This document shows, piece by piece, positions 61,714 to 64,000 of a stretch of 64,000 nucleotides of DNA. The notes beneath the pieces were generated by a model. It worked only from the letters and a program-made list of their open reading frames with translations. It was not told the origin of the DNA and did no database searches. Source of the stretch: an uncultured Alphaproteobacteria bacterium (GTDB taxonomy: Bacteria > Pseudomonadota > Alphaproteobacteria > RF32 > CAG-239); contig CALYAX010000001.1 in assembly GCA_944393665.1 (NCBI GenBank), forward strand, positions 6,018 to 70,017, in the 5' to 3' direction. The translations under genes were made by a program, and so were the position numbers. Position 1 is the stretch's first letter. Each line of letters begins with the position of its first letter.

Positions 61714-62298
61714 ATGAAACTGACGGCTATTACCGGTTCTATCGGCTGCGGCAAAACAACAATTGCCCGGATTATCAACCGAATGGGTTATACCGTATTT
61801 GATGTCGACGGCTGGGTACGCCGCCTGTATTTCCAAAAAGAATTTATTAAAGTTATTGCGGCGCATTTTCCGCAGGTGGTTCATGACGGCCAGGTGAATA
61901 AACGCCAGCTGCGCAATCTGGTTTTTTCCGACAACCGCCAGCTTAAACTTTTGGAAAGCCTGATTCATCCGTTTTTGCGGCAGACACTTAAAAACACCAT
62001 CCGCCGCAATGCCTTCAGCGATGATTTATATTTTGTGGACTGTGCGTTGCTGTTTGAGATGGGCTGGGATAAATATTGTGATTTTATCATGGTGGCCGAT
62101 GTTGATTATGATATCCAAAAGCAGCGGGTGATGGCCCGCGACCAGATCAGCGCAGAAGATTTTGACAAGATTAACAATATTCAGATGAGCAACAAAGAAA
62201 AAATTAAACAGGCCGATGTGGTGGTCGAAACCGATAAACCGCTGACTCTGCTTAAACTGGAACTGATGGAAATAATTAACGGGCTGGAGGCCGCATGA
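61714..62298 (+). CDS. coaE: dephospho-CoA kinase
   Basis: P-loop GSIGCGKTT at the N-terminus. 194 aa. Confidence 0.85.
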   Translation: MKLTAITGSIGCGKTTIARIINRMGYTVFDVDGWVRRLYFQKEFIKVIAAHFPQVVHDGQVNKRQLRNLVFSDNRQLKLLESLIHPFLRQTLKNTIRRNAFSDDLYFVDCALLFEMGWDKYCDFIMVADVDYDIQKQRVMARDQISAEDFDKINNIQMSNKEKIKQADVVVETDKPLTLLKLELMEIINGLEAA

Positions 62299-62990
62299 GC
62301 AGAGAAATCGTTTTTGATACCGAAACCACCGGGTTTGATTATGCCAAAGGCGAGCGTTTGGTTGAAATAGGCGCGGTTGAGCTGATTAACCATATGCCGA
62401 CGGGGGTAACCTATCACCAGTATATAAATCCGGAAAAGGAAGTTTCCGAAGATGCTTTCCGGGTTCACGGTTTGTCTTATGACTTTTTGAAAGATTATCC
62501 GACTTTTGAGAAGGTTGTGGACGAGTGGCTGGATTTTGTCGGCGATGCAACACTGGTGGCTCACAATGCCTCATTTGATATTAACTTCTGCAATTATGAA
62601 CAGAAACAACTCGGCCGTAAAGAATTCACCTGGGACCGGGTGGTTGATACGCTGGAAATTGCCCGGGGTTTATTTCCCGGCGCGCGTTGCAGCCTCGATG
62701 CTTTATGTAAGCGTTTTGAAGTGGATAACAGCAATCGTACGCTGCACGGGGCGCTGCTCGATGCCCAGCTGCTGGCGGAAGTTTATCTGGAATTATTGGG
62801 CGGCCGTGAGCCCAGCCTGCTGCTTGATGCCAATAAAACAAAAAGCAAAGCAACGGCTTATGCCGCTGATGCGGGTGAAATAAAAAATGTCCGTCCGGCC
62901 AGGAGTTTTCCGCTCAGCGAAGAAGAGATAAAGTCACATGAGGAATTTTTGGCGGCGAAAATCAAAGAAGCCCTATGGAGCCTCAATTAG
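62295..62990 (+). CDS. dnaQ: DNA polymerase III epsilon subunit (3'-5' exonuclease)
   Basis: Exo I motif (VFDTETTG), then Exo II and Exo III (H...D). Translationally coupled to coaE. Confidence 0.85.
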   Translation: MSREIVFDTETTGFDYAKGERLVEIGAVELINHMPTGVTYHQYINPEKEVSEDAFRVHGLSYDFLKDYPTFEKVVDEWLDFVGDATLVAHNASFDINFCNYEQKQLGRKEFTWDRVVDTLEIARGLFPGARCSLDALCKRFEVDNSNRTLHGALLDAQLLAEVYLELLGGREPSLLLDANKTKSKATAYAADAGEIKNVRPARSFPLSEEEIKSHEEFLAAKIKEALWSLN

Positions 62991-62996
62991 GAAATA

Positions 62997-63024
62997 ACCC
63001 CGGTTTTTACCGGGGTCATTTTTT
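62997..63024. terminator. bidirectional intrinsic terminator after dnaQ
   Basis: Hairpin accccgg-ttttta-ccggggt followed by T6. Confidence 0.65.
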
Positions 63025-63400
63025 ATTGTATAATTGTTTCATCATATTGAACGGTTGATGAGCCGGGAGACGTGGTGCTGCTGACACTTTCTATGATCGC
63101 CACGCCGGTGGTGTTAACCGGTGCCGGCATTGTGTCAGGCTGCATAACCGGTTGATTCAGCGCCGGCTGGGATGGCGGAATAGGTGCCGGCGGGTTTTGA
63201 TTGGGTGCTGCCAGGTTTTGAACGGCAATCGGCTGTACCGGCTGGGCCGGCGCATAACCGACAGCCTGGTAAGCCCTTTCGACATATAACGTATTTGAAG
63301 AATCAGGATTACCGACGACAACGCCCTGGTCTTTGGCATGTGCATTACAGCCGACGAAAAACAGGCTGGTCAGCGATAATAAAGTGATTGTTTTATTCAT
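63023..63400 (-). CDS. proline-rich lipoprotein (125 aa)
   Basis: Lipoprotein signal peptide with a lipobox (LFFVGC), then a Pro/Gln/Ala-rich low-complexity region. Confidence 0.45.
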   Translation of the reverse strand: MNKTITLLSLTSLFFVGCNAHAKDQGVVVGNPDSSNTLYVERAYQAVGYAPAQPVQPIAVQNLAAPNQNPPAPIPPSQPALNQPVMQPDTMPAPVNTTGVAIIESVSSTTSPGSSTVQYDETIIQ

Positions 63401-63556
63401 GGAAAACCTCGTCTGTCTTGTTTAAGCTGGAGAAAATATATATATGATTCCCAGGGTTTCAAGGAAGCCGAAAGGCTAGGAATATTTTAGGTTGACGAAT
63501 CCGGGGTTTTGGATAATATATGAGAGTTTGCAATATTTTAGCATACGGAGTTTGAT

Positions 63557-64000
63557 TTGGAAAATAACAAAAACAATAAAAAAATTTTAATCTGGGATTT
63601 GGACAATACCCTCTATCCGGAAACCGAAGAATTTAAAGAAATGCTTGATGAGGCGACAGCCCGTGCGGCTATTGAGGATTTGGGCGTGCCGCTGGATTTT
63701 GAAACGGCTAAGGCCAAAGTAACCGAATCTTACAAAACTTATCGTGACGGCGGAGAAATTTTTGTGCGTGATTATGGTATTGATCCCAAAGAGATGTTTG
63801 AAGCTTATCATAAGCGCAAGCCGATTAATCCGATTATTCCGTATGAAGATCTGCTTGAAAAATTGGAAAAACTTCCTTACGAGCAGTACATTTTTTCAAC
63901 GAGTTCGCGCGAAGTGGTCGAAAAAATCCTTAAACATATCGGCTTGTACGAGTTTTTTAAAGGCCGCTATTATTCAGTGGAAGATTTCGGCGTTTATAAA
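63557..64000 (+). CDS. HAD-superfamily hydrolase (pyrimidine 5'-nucleotidase-like, DxDNTLY type), partial (runs off window end)
   Basis: TTG start at 63557 with a GGAG RBS. Motif I is ILIWDLDNTLY. The ORF is still open at position 64000. Confidence 0.55.
   Translation, partial: MENNKNNKKILIWDLDNTLYPETEEFKEMLDEATARAAIEDLGVPLDFETAKAKVTESYKTYRDGGEIFVRDYGIDPKEMFEAYHKRKPINPIIPYEDLLEKLEKLPYEQYIFSTSSREVVEKILKHIGLYEFFKGRYYSVEDFGVYK

Overview
This 64-kb window looks like the origin-proximal chromosome region of an alphaproteobacterium with moderate GC content. The inference rests on a conserved gene neighbourhood: parB-parA-rsmG(gidB)-mnmG(gidA)-mnmE(trmE)-rho-coaE-dnaQ, an HprK kinase-domain-only protein, an EIIA-Man component, an IalB-family protein and an Omp2/RopA-like porin. 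Two near-consensus parS sites lie inside rsmG and mnmG. Most genes are dense housekeeping genes (gyrB, polA, parE, dnaX-ybaB-recR, radA, gpmI-envC-ctpA-yibQ, tsf-rpsB, rlmN, rsmI-yraN, nadM-nadE). I saw no rRNA, CRISPR array, transposase or integrase. Several accessory insertions interrupt the backbone and are the most interesting content: (1) two large flagellin-family paralogs (549 and 619 aa) inserted at two separate housekeeping loci. Their N-terminal segment, C-terminal segment and 5' leader are almost identical, their central domains are divergent but related and beta-helix-like, and the second copy is flanked by AT-rich orphan ORFs. (2) A 1-kb non-coding locus holding two diverged tandem tRNA-Ala genes (anticodons CGC and GGC). 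Each is followed by a conserved element of about 130 nt and a direct repeat of its own 3' end plus terminator, which is the pattern left by att sites. (3) An overlapping two-gene operon encoding a 575-aa protein with a C-terminal glutamine-synthetase-like amidoligase fold and an N-formylglutamate-amidohydrolase-family protein. (4) A PHP (HisK-like) phosphoesterase plus a tandem-HD-domain protein inserted between gidB and gidA. (5) A membrane-anchored staphylococcal-nuclease-like protein and a small Cys-rich protein (CPC...CHC, like the ferredoxin-thioredoxin reductase catalytic subunit) next to parB. All coordinates follow the supplied ORF track. Where homology indicated an over-extended N-terminus, I moved the start to an internal Met (dnaX, rho, ybaB, radA, the HD protein and the amidoligase).
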